From a bacterium (lineage in GTDB: Bacteria; Patescibacteriota; Minisyncoccia; Moranbacterales; UBA2206): DNA of 64,000 nt. The stretch lies in assembly GCA_043725085.1 (NCBI GenBank), contig JAYSLY010000007.1:1471-65470 (forward strand), written 5' to 3'. Positions 1-8,532 of the stretch are shown in pieces. The notes under the pieces are model-generated. The model did no database searches. It saw only the letters and a program-made list of their open reading frames with translations, and was not told where the DNA came from. Made by a program: the position numbers and the translations under genes. Numbering within the stretch: position 1 is the stretch's first letter; every line of letters starts with the position of its first letter.

Positions 1-262
1 GTTTTTTCTGCAAATACTTCGCCAGCTCCTCATAATTTAAGCCCATTCTAATCGCATCAAAATCCAAATCTTCCGAAAACCGCTCAATGCCATAGGCAAA
101 GCGCAAACAAGTTCCGCCCAAAAACGCCAAGTGATTGCCATATTTGGAAGTATAGAGAATTTCCAAAATTTCTGATTGCAAATATTCCACCAAACAACGT
201 CTGGGATTATTGGGAATATTATTTCTTTTAATATAATCTTCCAAGAAATTTTTATCGAGCAT
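1..262 (-). CDS. AbiEii-family nucleotidyltransferase toxin (type IV TA), N-terminal part, runs off window edge
   Basis: Manual translation from ATG at 262: MLDKNFLEDYIK...LAFLGGTCLRFAYGIERFSEDLDFD, containing the GGT-x-L...RFSEDLD AbiEii motif; overlaps the stop of the upstream antitoxin gene. Confidence 0.88.
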   Translation of the reverse strand, partial: MLDKNFLEDYIKRNNIPNNPRRCLVEYLQSEILEILYTSKYGNHLAFLGGTCLRFAYGIERFSEDLDFDAIRMGLNYEELAKYLQKK

Positions 263-872
263 TTTTTTGATAGGCTAGCAAGCTTTCAATCAGCTTGGTC
301 ACTTTTTTGTCATTAAATAATTTTTTATACTCCCCAATTTTTTTCAAATCAAATTCAAACTCCTCATCAATCCGCAACTCCCGCCAAAAATTCTCCTGCG
401 CCACCAGCTTGTTTTTGTTGAGATAGAGATAATCCAAAATCGCCTTTTCCGGCGTGGCAATGTAAAAAGTCACATTTCTATCTTTTTGCATAACATACCC
501 GAAAAACAGACTACTTTTAATTTTTTGATAAGTAAAATTACCGAATTCATTTTCATAGGTAATGGTTTTTCTTGAAGTAACGGAAGTATAGGTGCCGGGA
601 ATATCGGGAATAATGCCATAATAGTTCAAAGCAAATTCCAAGCTCAAATAGGCCGGTGCATAGATTTTGGAAGCTAGTGACAATAAATTAATGTCATTTT
701 GAGCATTAGTCAAAAGATAGAGGCCTTTTCTAATTTTTTTGATATAGCCTTTCTTGGTCCAAAAAGCGATCTGAACAAGAATATTAGGCTCGGCAAAAAA
801 GATGTTTTTTGCTTCAATTGAGCTAAAAACAGGAAACCTAAGCATTTTTTTTTCGAACTCAAAAAATCGCAT
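252..872 (-). CDS. AbiEi-family antitoxin / transcriptional regulator (type IV TA)
   Basis: N-terminal wHTH-like IKKIRKGLY, YLSLEFALNYYGIIPD and IATPEKAILDYLY motifs; directly upstream of abiEii. Confidence 0.85.
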   Translation of the reverse strand: MRFFEFEKKMLRFPVFSSIEAKNIFFAEPNILVQIAFWTKKGYIKKIRKGLYLLTNAQNDINLLSLASKIYAPAYLSLEFALNYYGIIPDIPGTYTSVTSRKTITYENEFGNFTYQKIKSSLFFGYVMQKDRNVTFYIATPEKAILDYLYLNKNKLVAQENFWRELRIDEEFEFDLKKIGEYKKLFNDKKVTKLIESLLAYQKNAR

Positions 873-900
873 AGTTGTTTCTTTATATTAACATATATAA

Positions 901-929
901 TAATATCAAGAAACTTATATTTTGTCAAC
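901..929 (-). promoter_or_regulatory. sigma70 promoter of abiEi-abiEii
   Basis: Minus strand reads TTGACA-17 nt-TATTAT shortly upstream of the ATG at 872. Confidence 0.65.
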
Positions 930-992
930 CCATTAACGTAATTCACCTATTTTGATGAATTATGTCATCAAATACAAAGCATGATAAAAAAA

Positions 993-1718
993 TTATTTTT
1001 TCTCCAACTCCACACTAATCCGCTTGGCGATAACTTCGCCGGCGTTGTTAGTGTAATTTCCCTCTTGAGAGATGTCTCGAAAGCCTAAGTTTTGGACAAT
1101 TTTGTGCGACGGCTTATCTTTTGGCACGTGCGCAATCAGCTTTTTGGCGCCAGAATTAATTTCTTCCGCCGTCACTTCTTGAAGAAAATTTTCTCCCACA
1201 TAGAATTTTTGGAGCAGCGGATCAATATTCATCGCGCCAAGATAGCGCTCGCCTTCCGACAAGGCCGCTCGCCCGTCAAATGTCGACGAGCGCACAAACC
1301 CGACCAGACTTCCGAGTGTTTTTTGCGACGCGCTGACATTTTCTTGGTCGAAATAGAGCAGATGAAATTTGGGATCATACGCTAGGTGTTTTTCAAAATC
1401 ACCGAGCAATCGCGCCAGATCTTCTTTAGATTTGTGCGCGTTAGCCGCCGCATACATCTCACGCAGTTTTTCTGTCAACGCCGAATCTTTTTTCAATTCT
1501 TCTTTTCCGACAGTCGTCAATTCCACACCCCCAATTTCTTCCAATTCTTGGACTTCACCGGCTTTTTTCGCCGCCACCAATAGCGAAGCCACCAAATCAA
1601 TTTCCGTGTGGCTCTTTTCCAAGTCAGTGAGAAGTTTTTGAATTTTATCTTCACTGGCTCGATCACCACTTTTCAACTCCGCGCTGAAATTGACAATAAT
1701 CTGATGTGCCCGCCGCAA
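993..1718 (-). CDS. Protein with C-terminal GNAT-like acetyltransferase fold, probably a 5'-truncated remnant
   Basis: LVGFVR...YLGAMNIDPLLQKFYVGENFL...HKIVQNLGF resembles GNAT motifs A/B. Starts only at TTG with no RBS, and the frame is closed upstream at about 1776. Confidence 0.5.
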   Translation of the reverse strand: MRRAHQIIVNFSAELKSGDRASEDKIQKLLTDLEKSHTEIDLVASLLVAAKKAGEVQELEEIGGVELTTVGKEELKKDSALTEKLREMYAAANAHKSKEDLARLLGDFEKHLAYDPKFHLLYFDQENVSASQKTLGSLVGFVRSSTFDGRAALSEGERYLGAMNIDPLLQKFYVGENFLQEVTAEEINSGAKKLIAHVPKDKPSHKIVQNLGFRDISQEGNYTNNAGEVIAKRISVELEKK

Positions 1719-1921
1719 TAGTTCCGTCCCTCCTGCCCGACTTATGCTTCGGGTCCGAGCGATTTTTGACCAGTATCATTGCTCGTAATGATTGACTGGC
1801 CGGAAAACTATTCCCAATGGACGAAGCGCTGATCCTTGGGGGTGATTTTTAATTCAACCGAAACAAAAGAAAAGCTATTTGGAAATTTGCTCTATAGGCA
1901 AATTTTTGCTATATTGAACTT

Positions 1922-2230
1922 ATGGATAAACTACTTGAAATCGAACAAAAACTAGTGGAAGCCATCCATAATGACCCGCACCGAGAAGATATGAAAAAAG
2001 TCTCTCTGTTCGGCTCCTATGTTTATGGCCAACCACGGGAAGATTCCGATGTGGATGTTTTGGTTGAATTTGAACCAAATGCGTCCATCGGGCTTTTTGA
2101 GTTTGTCAGAATTCAAAGAAGATTTTCCGAGTTTTCCGGAAAAAAAATTGACCTGCTCACGCCTTCCGCTCTGAGCAAATATTTTCGTGATGAAGTTCTT
2201 GCTAACGCCAAAACTATCTATGAAAAATGA
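1922..2230 (+). CDS. MntA-like minimal nucleotidyltransferase antitoxin
   Basis: LFGSYVYG...DSDVDVLVEF (GS...DxD) motif, 102 aa; likely leaderless (TGcTATATT ends 6 nt before ATG). Confidence 0.9.
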   Translation: MDKLLEIEQKLVEAIHNDPHREDMKKVSLFGSYVYGQPREDSDVDVLVEFEPNASIGLFEFVRIQRRFSEFSGKKIDLLTPSALSKYFRDEVLANAKTIYEK

Positions 2231-2552
2231 CCAAGCTTTTCTCAAACATATTTAAGAATCCATCGAAGCCATAAATGAATCGCTTATTGGAATTTCTTAT
2301 GCGGAATTTTTAGAAAACAAACTACTCCTGAAAGCAATCGTGCGCGACTTGGAAATTATCGGCGAAGCGGCAAATAAAATCAGTTTGGAATTGCGCAACC
2401 TAAACCCGCAAATTCCTTGGCGAGATATGATTGATATGCGCAATGTCCTGATTCACGAATATTTTGGCGTCATTCCGGAAACAGTTTGGAAAACCTGTCA
2501 ACAAAATCTGCCTAAACTTAAGGAAGAAATTGACTTATTGCTCAGGCAATAA
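2220..2552 (+). pseudogene. HepT/DUF86 HEPN RNase toxin with in-frame nonsense codon
   Basis: ATG at 2220 overlaps the mnt end (MKNDQAFLKHI*ESIEAI...). TAA at 2253-2255, then the same frame continues to LEIIGEAA...IPW...MRNVLIHEY (Rx4H motif). Confidence 0.85.
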
Positions 2553-2577
2553 TCCCCCTTTTGTTTCGGTTGAATTG

Positions 2578-2607
2578 ACACTCGACTTTTTCAGTCGGGT
2601 GTTTTTT
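2578..2607 (+). terminator. Intrinsic terminator after the MNT-HEPN genes
   Basis: ACACTCGACT-ttttc-AGTCGGGTGT hairpin followed by a T-run. Confidence 0.7.
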
Positions 2608-2618
2608 AATTCCTATTT

Positions 2619-2846
2619 AATTGTCAATGAACTTTTTTGTGAATTAGCTCTTCTTTTCTAATTCACAAAAATGCCAGTGATACGGAGCATTCATGATGAA
2701 AGCTCCTTTTGATTTCCGAAGAAGAGAGATTTTGACGAAAAATCAACTTTTTTCTTATCACTAGCATTTTTCTAAAGATGATTGTTTTGAAATCATATTT
2801 AGCTCTCTTCTTCGACCACTGGAGCTTTCCGGTGATTTATCTTGAC
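2619..2846 (-). ncRNA. Candidate structured non-coding / leader RNA of unknown family
   Basis: Promoter TAGACA-17-TATACT (2880-2852); 12-bp perfect helix 2717-2728/2803-2814, 14-bp hairpin 2634-2671, alternative 9-bp pairing 2698-2706/2821-2829, boxA-like motif at 2632-2619; no downstream ORF. Confidence 0.45.
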
Positions 2847-2975
2847 TGCGTAGTATATCATAATTTCACAGTTTTGTCTATATATCTTGTGCCATTTCTA
2901 GTGACATTGTCGTAAAACTCTTCAATTAAAACACTCTTTTGGCTTATATTCACTTGCATATTGTCATAATTAAAA

Positions 2976-3004
2976 TTGACAATTATCTTATGGCGTGCTA
3001 GAAT
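2976..3004 (+). promoter_or_regulatory. sigma70 promoter of the ORF6N gene
   Basis: TTGACA-17 nt-TAGAAT with an extended -10 TG. Confidence 0.7.
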
Positions 3005-3037
3005 TAGGATATAAAACCTCTAAAAAACCAAAAAAAT

Positions 3038-3556
3038 ATGCCAAAAAATGAAAAACAAGCGCTAATTCCCGATGAGCGCATTATGAGCCGGATCTACTTT
3101 ATCCGCGGGGAAAAGGTAATGTTTGACCGAGATTTAGCCGAGCTTTATGGCGTGGAAACCAGAATACTTAAACAAGCAGTAAAAAGAAATTTGGACCGAT
3201 TTCCTTCAGATTTTATGTTTCAGCTGAATAAAAAAGAGCTTGAAATTTGGAGATCACAAATTGTGATGTCCAAAAGTGATAAGCAAGGATTGAGATGGCT
3301 ACCAATTGTTTTCACCGAACAAGGTGTCGCAATGCTTTCCGCTGTGCTCAAAAGCAAACGTGCTGTGGCAGTGAGCATTCAAATCGTGCGCACATTCGTG
3401 AAATTGCGCGAAATTTTGTCCACCCACACGAAACTACGCGAAAAAGTGGAACTGATGGAAGATAAATATGACAAGAGTTTCAAGGTGGTCTTTCAAATGA
3501 TCGCCAGACTGATGAAAGAAGACGCCCAGCCAAAAAAGCGCATTGGATTTTATTAG
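3038..3556 (+). CDS. ORF6N-domain DNA-binding protein
   Basis: IRGEKVMFDRDLAELYGVET...QAVKRNLDRFPSDFMFQL...FTEQGVAMLSAVLKS...RIGF is the typical ORF6N pattern. Confidence 0.9.
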   Translation: MPKNEKQALIPDERIMSRIYFIRGEKVMFDRDLAELYGVETRILKQAVKRNLDRFPSDFMFQLNKKELEIWRSQIVMSKSDKQGLRWLPIVFTEQGVAMLSAVLKSKRAVAVSIQIVRTFVKLREILSTHTKLREKVELMEDKYDKSFKVVFQMIARLMKEDAQPKKRIGFY

Positions 3557-3563
3557 AACCCTT

Positions 3564-3598
3564 GGAGGCTCAACCTCCATAATGGAGGTTGAGCCTCC
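3564..3598. repeat. Perfect 17-bp inverted repeat made of two GGAGG-N5-CCTCC units (REP-like doublet)
   Basis: GGAGGCTCAACCTCCAT-A-ATGGAGGTTGAGCCTCC. Confidence 0.8.
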
Positions 3599-3625
3599 TT
3601 AAATAATTAGTTTTATACATTTACA

Positions 3626-4393
3626 ATGTTTATAGATCAGCTCCAAAAATTCGGCCTCACAAAAACCCAATCTGCTGTGCTGGATTGTCTGTTTGAACAT
3701 GGAGAAACCAAGGCCAGTGATGTGGCGAAAATCGCCAATCACCCTCGTGGAGTGGCCTACAAGGCTCTCGAGGAACTTCTAGCGTTTAACTTGGTGGAAA
3801 AAATCGAGAAAGAAAAAGAAGTGGCCAAATGGCGCGCCACCCATCCGCGTAATCTGGAAAAAATTTTGGAAAATAAAGAAGCCGAGCTCAGTCAAAACAA
3901 AAAAACGTTTGAAGACACGTTGCCCAGTCTCATTTCCAGCTACAACATTACACTCAATAAACCGGGCGTGAAATTCTATGAAGGCGCGGACGGAATGGAA
4001 AAAATTTTGGATGACACACTCAAAAGCCAAACGGAAATCTTGCTCTTCATCAACACCAATTCACTTGAAGCGGAGAGCTCCTTCAAGGAAATCAATGCGG
4101 AGTATAAGCGCAAGAGAAAATTCAAGGGTTTGAGAAAAAGAATTATCCGCACGGGAAAAAAGCCGGAAATAACTTTCGGAATATCTGATGATAAATATGA
4201 CGCGGTGACGGAAATCCGTTATTTGGAAAAAAATCTTTCCGCTTTCAAATCCAGCGTGCAAATTTATGACGGAAAAATTTCCTACCAAATTTTTGACCAA
4301 GGCAATGTCATTTCCATTCTGATTGAGGACAAAAATATCTATGAAATGAACAAGGCTTGGTTTGAGACGCTTTGGGAAATGGCGACTACATAA
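3626..4393 (+). CDS. TrmB-family transcriptional regulator
   Basis: N-terminal wHTH (LQKFGLT...YKALEELL), KPGVKFYEGADG linker, C-terminal IYDGKI...FETLWE. Confidence 0.85.
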   Translation: MFIDQLQKFGLTKTQSAVLDCLFEHGETKASDVAKIANHPRGVAYKALEELLAFNLVEKIEKEKEVAKWRATHPRNLEKILENKEAELSQNKKTFEDTLPSLISSYNITLNKPGVKFYEGADGMEKILDDTLKSQTEILLFINTNSLEAESSFKEINAEYKRKRKFKGLRKRIIRTGKKPEITFGISDDKYDAVTEIRYLEKNLSAFKSSVQIYDGKISYQIFDQGNVISILIEDKNIYEMNKAWFETLWEMATT

Positions 4394-4443
4394 TTCTCTT
4401 TTTGTGCTATAATTAGCCTAATTTAAACCTTAAGTCAAACTTT

Positions 4444-7170
4444 ATGCCAGACACCAAGACCCAAAAACTAATTCTCATCGACGGCAATGCGATTATTCAT
4501 CGTTCCTATCACGCTCTCCCGCCGTTCACGACCAAAAAAGGCGAGCTGGTCAACGCTGTCTATGGCTTTGCTTCAACGGTGATTTCAATCATTGCCAAGT
4601 TTGAACCGGAATATATTATTGCAACTTTTGATCTCGCCGGGCCGACATTTCGTCATTTGGATTATGCCCAGTATAAGGCGACACGCGTCAAAGCCGATGA
4701 TGCGCTCTATGCGCAGATTCCTCGCGTCAAAGAAGTGGTGCGCGCTTTTGGTATTCCGATTTGCGAGGCCTCCGGTTTTGAAGCGGACGATGTGATTGGC
4801 ACGCTCGTCAAGAAAGTGGAAGAAAATAATCCTGAGTTGGAAATTATTATTGTAACGGGCGACATGGACACCTTGCAATTGGTGAGCGAAAAAACGAAAG
4901 TCTACACAATGCGCCGAGGGCTCACCGATTCCGCGCTCTATGGCAAAGCGGAAATATTTGAACGCTATTCGCTCGCACCGGAACAATTGATTGATTATAA
5001 GGGTCTGCGCGGTGATCCGTCGGACAACATTCCCGGCGTGAAAGGAATTGGCGAGAAAACCGCGATTGAACTTCTCAAAACCTATGGCACATTGGAAAAT
5101 GTTTATGCCCATTTAGGTGAGATTAAAAAAACATTGCAAGAAAAATTAGAGCACGATCGGATGATGGCTAAAAAAAGCAAAGAGCTCGCCACCATCTCGC
5201 GTGAGGCGCCGGTGGAGCTGGAGCTGGAAAAAGCCGTCACAAAAGATTATGACAAGCCAACACTTTTGGCTCTTTTTGACGAATTAAATTTCCACTCTCT
5301 CAAAAGAAGATTAGGACAGACGGAAAAAAATAATAGTGATCGCGATAAAAAAAATACTCCCAAAATTGATTCTGATGGGGTGAAAGATTTTAAATTTGAA
5401 ATTGCCGATGAAAAAAACAGTACGGAAATTTTGGAAGCAATTTCTGCGTCAAATGAAATTGCCATCAAATTGAAAACAGCCGGTGAGGCTAAGGAAAACA
5501 TAACGCTCCTTGGCGTGGCAGTTGCCTATAAAACCGGTCGCGTCGCCTATTTCGACCGCAATGACGCCGTTTTTGCCAAGCTAAAAACCATCCTGGAAGA
5601 TTCGCGAATTGCAAAGATCGGCTATGATTTGAAAAGTGATTTGAAAATTCTGTGGAAAAATGAAATAAATTTGACTGGCACATGTTTTGATATTCTCATT
5701 AGCAGCTATCTTTTGAACCCCGGTCGAAAAACCACCCTCCCTGAATTAGTCGCAGAATATCTAAACGAGGAACTTGCCGACGAGGCAAGAAAAGGTCAGT
5801 TGGGATTGGAAATTGAATCACTCGAAGAGATGGTTCAAAAAATTTCCGCCGTAGCTGACTATATTTTCAAACTGAAAAAAATCCACCAAACAGAAATCGA
5901 AAAAATCAGCGAAGCACAAATCAGGAATAATAATGAAAGCAAAAACACGCTTCGAGAGGTTTTTGCCAAACTGGAAATGCCGCTTGTGCCGGTCCTTGCC
6001 AAAATGGAAACTTTTGGAATCAAACTTGATACATTGATTTTCAGAGGAATTTCCAAAACGATCAGCGAACGAATTAAAAAACTAGAACAATCAATTTATA
6101 GCCTAAGCGGAGAAACTTTTAACATTGCCTCGCCCAAGCAACTGGCTAAAGTTTTGTTTGAAAAAATGCACATTCCCTCTGATGGAATTAAAAAAGGCAA
6201 GTCCGGCGTCATCTCCACCGCCTCAGCTGAGCTTGAAAAATTGAAAAATGAACACAAAATCGTGGAAAAAATTGAAGAGTTTCGCGAAATAACCAAGTTG
6301 AAAAATACCTATCTCGACACATTGCCGGAAATGGTCGACAAAGATTCTCGCCTCCACACCACGTTTAATCAAGCTATCGCTGCCACCGGCCGCCTTTCTT
6401 CATCTGATCCGAATTTGCAAAATATTCCCATTCGCACGGAACTCGGCCAACTCCTCCGTGTGGCTTTTGTCGCGCGTGGCGGCTGGAAACTGGTCAGCGC
6501 CGATTATTCCCAAATTGATTTGCGTGTCGTCGCTCATGTCAGTGGCGACAAAAAAATGATTGAACTGTTTGGCGCCGGCGAAGACATTCATCGCGCCACC
6601 GCCGCGGAGATTAACAAAATTCCCCTCTCGCAAGTTTCGCAAAAAATCCGGCGCACCGCCAAAGAACTCAATTTTGGCGTGATCTATGGCATGGGCACAT
6701 TCGGTTTTGCCTCACGCACCGGCATCTCCAGAGAAGACGCCAAAAAATTCATCGATGCCTATTTTGAACGCTTTCAAGGCGTGGCGAGCTATATGCAAAA
6801 AACCAAAGAATTTGCCAGAGAAAAAGGCTACGTCGAAACGGAAATCGGACGGCGAAGATATATCCCGGAAATTAATTCGCCCAATTTTCAAGTGCAAAGC
6901 GGCGCCGAACGAATGGCAATCAATATGCCGATTCAAGGTTTGTCATCAGACATCATGAAAATTGCCATGCTGCGAATCGACGAAGCGTTTGGAGCCGACT
7001 CGGAAGTGAAGATGCTCCTTCAAATCCATGACGAGATCATTTTGGAAGTCAAAGAAGAGCGCGCGAAAGTTGTGGCCGAAAAAATTAAAACCATTCTTGA
7101 GGATGCCTACACTTTGCGCGTCCCACTCGTCGCCAATGTGGAAATTGGAGATAATTGGGGGGAGATTTAG
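4444..7170 (+). CDS. polA: DNA polymerase I
   Basis: 5'-3' exonuclease domain (LIDGNAIIHRSYHA, EADDVIGT, GDPSDNIPGVKGIGEKTA) and polymerase motifs DYSQIDLR, KELNFGVIYG, LQIHDE. Confidence 0.98.
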   Translation: MPDTKTQKLILIDGNAIIHRSYHALPPFTTKKGELVNAVYGFASTVISIIAKFEPEYIIATFDLAGPTFRHLDYAQYKATRVKADDALYAQIPRVKEVVRAFGIPICEASGFEADDVIGTLVKKVEENNPELEIIIVTGDMDTLQLVSEKTKVYTMRRGLTDSALYGKAEIFERYSLAPEQLIDYKGLRGDPSDNIPGVKGIGEKTAIELLKTYGTLENVYAHLGEIKKTLQEKLEHDRMMAKKSKELATISREAPVELELEKAVTKDYDKPTLLALFDELNFHSLKRRLGQTEKNNSDRDKKNTPKIDSDGVKDFKFEIADEKNSTEILEAISASNEIAIKLKTAGEAKENITLLGVAVAYKTGRVAYFDRNDAVFAKLKTILEDSRIAKIGYDLKSDLKILWKNEINLTGTCFDILISSYLLNPGRKTTLPELVAEYLNEELADEARKGQLGLEIESLEEMVQKISAVADYIFKLKKIHQTEIEKISEAQIRNNNESKNTLREVFAKLEMPLVPVLAKMETFGIKLDTLIFRGISKTISERIKKLEQSIYSLSGETFNIASPKQLAKVLFEKMHIPSDGIKKGKSGVISTASAELEKLKNEHKIVEKIEEFREITKLKNTYLDTLPEMVDKDSRLHTTFNQAIAATGRLSSSDPNLQNIPIRTELGQLLRVAFVARGGWKLVSADYSQIDLRVVAHVSGDKKMIELFGAGEDIHRATAAEINKIPLSQVSQKIRRTAKELNFGVIYGMGTFGFASRTGISREDAKKFIDAYFERFQGVASYMQKTKEFAREKGYVETEIGRRRYIPEINSPNFQVQSGAERMAINMPIQGLSSDIMKIAMLRIDEAFGADSEVKMLLQIHDEIILEVKEERAKVVAEKIKTILEDAYTLRVPLVANVEIGDNWGEI

Positions 7171-7194
7171 ATCTGTAAAAAAATAGTCATAGAA

Positions 7195-7226
7195 AAAAGG
7201 AGTTGTCGCATTGGACAGCTCCTTTT
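7195..7226. terminator. Bidirectional intrinsic terminator after polA
   Basis: AAAAGGAGTTGTC-gcattg-GACAGCTCCTTTT. Confidence 0.75.
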
Positions 7227-7299
7227 GAATTTTCCTACAAAAGAACTATTTGAGAGATAATCTTCCTCAAGGATTATCTCTTTTTATATTGTCAACATT

Positions 7300-7769
7300 T
7301 TATCCTTCAAATTTTATTCCAAGATGAAAGATTCCCGCTTTTCCTGATTTTTGTTTTTCTATAAAAGTCACATAACCTTTCTTGATTTCATAGTTCCCCT
7401 TGGAAAGATTTACATTCTTTTTTAGAAAATAGAAGTGTCCCTCGTTTTTTTCGCAATATAATGATACTGATGGTTCTCTTGAATAGCCATCTTCAGAAAA
7501 TGGTTCAAAGCCGCCGAGCGCTTGCATAATAAAATGCGGTAAATGGCAAAATTGGGTAAATTGCCAATTTTCGGTAGCTGAACCAAAACTGATCCACATA
7601 GAGATCCGTCATCCCCGATTTCAAGCTGACCAATTGCAGGATTGTCAAGATAAGCACAGGACAAAGTACCACAGACTTCGCTTTTATAAAAATCGGTTAG
7701 GGTAGTTCCCACAAAGCCGCTCAGATCAGCTGTTTGAAACACCACTCTTATCAAGTTGATTATTTTCAT
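7300..7769 (-). pseudogene. Hypothetical gene, apparently frameshifted near 7600 (ORFs 7422-7769 and 7300-7599)
   Basis: Strong SD (AAGGAG) before the ATG at 7769; two overlapping same-strand ORFs join at GGA TCT CT ATG TGG if one CT is removed. Confidence 0.4.
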
Positions 7770-7802
7770 ATCATTTCTCCTTTTTCAAAGTACCGTTTTT
7801 TT

Positions 7803-7834
7803 GTCTCCCCGAGAAACCGTTTTCTCAGCTTGAC
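7803..7834 (-). repeat. 32-nt leader repeat, copy 1
   Basis: GTCAAGCTGAGAAAACGGTTTCTCGGGGAGAC on the minus strand, identical to 8365-8396. Confidence 0.9.
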
Positions 7835-7938
7835 AATTTTTCCTCCATCTCAAGCCTCAAAACAATTCTGAAACTTGGGAAAAGGAGGCGAGCCGGATGC
7901 GATGATCATTGGTGGCTCGCCTTGAGACAAAGAATAAA

Positions 7939-8331
7939 TTAAGGAAAGATTTTGTACTTCTGATCAAACTTATGCGCAGCGTCAAGAAATCTTTTTTGTT
8001 CGCAGGATAATTCTTCATATCCAGAATCAAAGATTGATGATTTATCACGTTTTGTTTCTTCAAACCCCTTGAAATTAAAGGGATCCCCTTGCACTGTATA
8101 ACCTTCTTCTGTTATGACAAACATCCACAACGATTGAGATTTGTACAAAACACTGGATCCCGGGTCAAAAAGTTTAACTTTAACTTTTCGCCCTTCAGGA
8201 AGATCGTGATGTGAACCATTGGACACAAGCTCCTGACCCACAAATAATTCAAGTCCATTAAATCTTACTTTTAATAGACCGAAGCCTTCCTTTGACCTTT
8301 CGATTTCTTCAAAAGTATTTATTTCTTTCAT
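7939..8331 (-). CDS. Hypothetical protein
   Basis: 130-aa ORF with AAGGAG SD and a consensus promoter upstream; no recognisable domain. Confidence 0.65.
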   Translation of the reverse strand: MKEINTFEEIERSKEGFGLLKVRFNGLELFVGQELVSNGSHHDLPEGRKVKVKLFDPGSSVLYKSQSLWMFVITEEGYTVQGDPFNFKGFEETKRDKSSIFDSGYEELSCEQKRFLDAAHKFDQKYKIFP

Positions 8332-8364
8332 TTTCTATTCTCCTTTTTAAAGAACATTGTTTTC

Positions 8365-8396
8365 GTCTCCCCGAGAAACCGTTTTCTCAGCTTGAC
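8365..8396 (-). repeat. 32-nt leader repeat, copy 2, at the predicted transcription start
   Basis: Identical to 7803-7834; begins 5 nt after TATACT. Confidence 0.9.
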
Positions 8397-8401
8397 CCAA
8401 G

Positions 8402-8478
8402 AGTATAGCAGGTAAATTGTGTTTTGTCAACAGCAATCTTACGACAATATTGACATCAGTCGAAAACTGCGCTATAAT
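8402..8478. promoter_or_regulatory. Back-to-back consensus sigma70 promoters
   Basis: Minus: TTGACA(8430-8425)-17-TATACT(8407-8402). Plus: TTGACA(8450-8455)-17-TATAAT(8473-8478). Confidence 0.8.
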
Positions 8479-8532
8479 AGAGCCATAATAGTGGCTTTTA
8501 TCTACGATCGTAAGCCATAAACTGACAAAAAT

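Larger units (their letters stand above)
1851..2576. mobile_element. Cassette bounded by perfect 19-bp inverted repeats carrying the MNT-HEPN module
   Basis: AATTCAACCGAAACAAAAG at 1851-1869 and its exact reverse complement at 2558-2576; no transposase inside. Confidence 0.6.

Noticed and set aside
2619-2846. Assignment to a known RNA (T-box, tmRNA, RNase P, 6S, SRP, tRNA)
   Set aside because: None of the diagnostic sequence motifs could be recognised by eye.
7803-8396. 32-nt repeats as a CRISPR array or integron attC sites
   Set aside because: Only two copies about 560 nt apart with a gene between them; no cas or intI gene and no RYYYAAC/GTTRRRY ends.
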